A stretch of 64,000 nucleotides of DNA, from IMG/VR virus record IMGVR_UViG_3300025889_000071. One strand, given 5' to 3'. Positions within the stretch are counted from its first letter, which is position 1. Each line of letters starts with the position of its first letter. Below the pieces are notes generated by a model. It did not search any database. It had not been told where the DNA came from and saw only the letters and a program-made list of their open reading frames with translations. This DNA comes from a virus. Taxonomy: Duplodnaviria > Caudoviricetes. Positions 64,000 to 64,000 of this stretch are shown here, one piece after another. The position numbers and the translations under genes were made by a program.

Positions 64000-64000
64000 G

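Noticed and set aside
1-64000. tRNA, rRNA, integrase or photosynthesis genes (psbA, hli)
   Set aside because: None recognised; intergenic gaps are mostly too short. The cyanophage assignment therefore rests on synteny and protein style only.

Overview
64-kb segment of a T4-like myovirus, most likely a cyanophage (inferred from gene order and protein types). It covers the virion morphogenesis module, almost all on the + strand: a 5'-truncated giant baseplate wedge protein (gp7-like, open from base 3, at least 4212 aa), gp8, a 2702-aa DUF4815/VrlC-like protein, gp13-gp16, a ~23-kb accessory island, then gp17-gp23, gp3, uvsY and uvsW. Main points: (1) the island pairs a proline-free collagen fibre and three Kelch-like double beta-propeller proteins with four 2OG-Fe(II) dioxygenase-like genes, three glycosyltransferase-like genes (two fused to methyltransferases) and a tail-assembly chaperone, consistent with a phage-encoded virion-fibre modification system; (2) terL is fractured by an atypically split intein, with a free-standing GIY-YIG endonuclease between the halves; (3) a basic 528-aa modular protein looks like a gp21-processed internal-head polyprotein; (4) a circularly permuted MAM-like domain, a dockerin/EF-hand-like insert in the baseplate, two small ORFs missed by the track and a near-consensus antisense sigma70 promoter at the right edge. 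No tRNA, rRNA or CRISPR array was seen. All family assignments come from motif recognition by eye; no searches were run.
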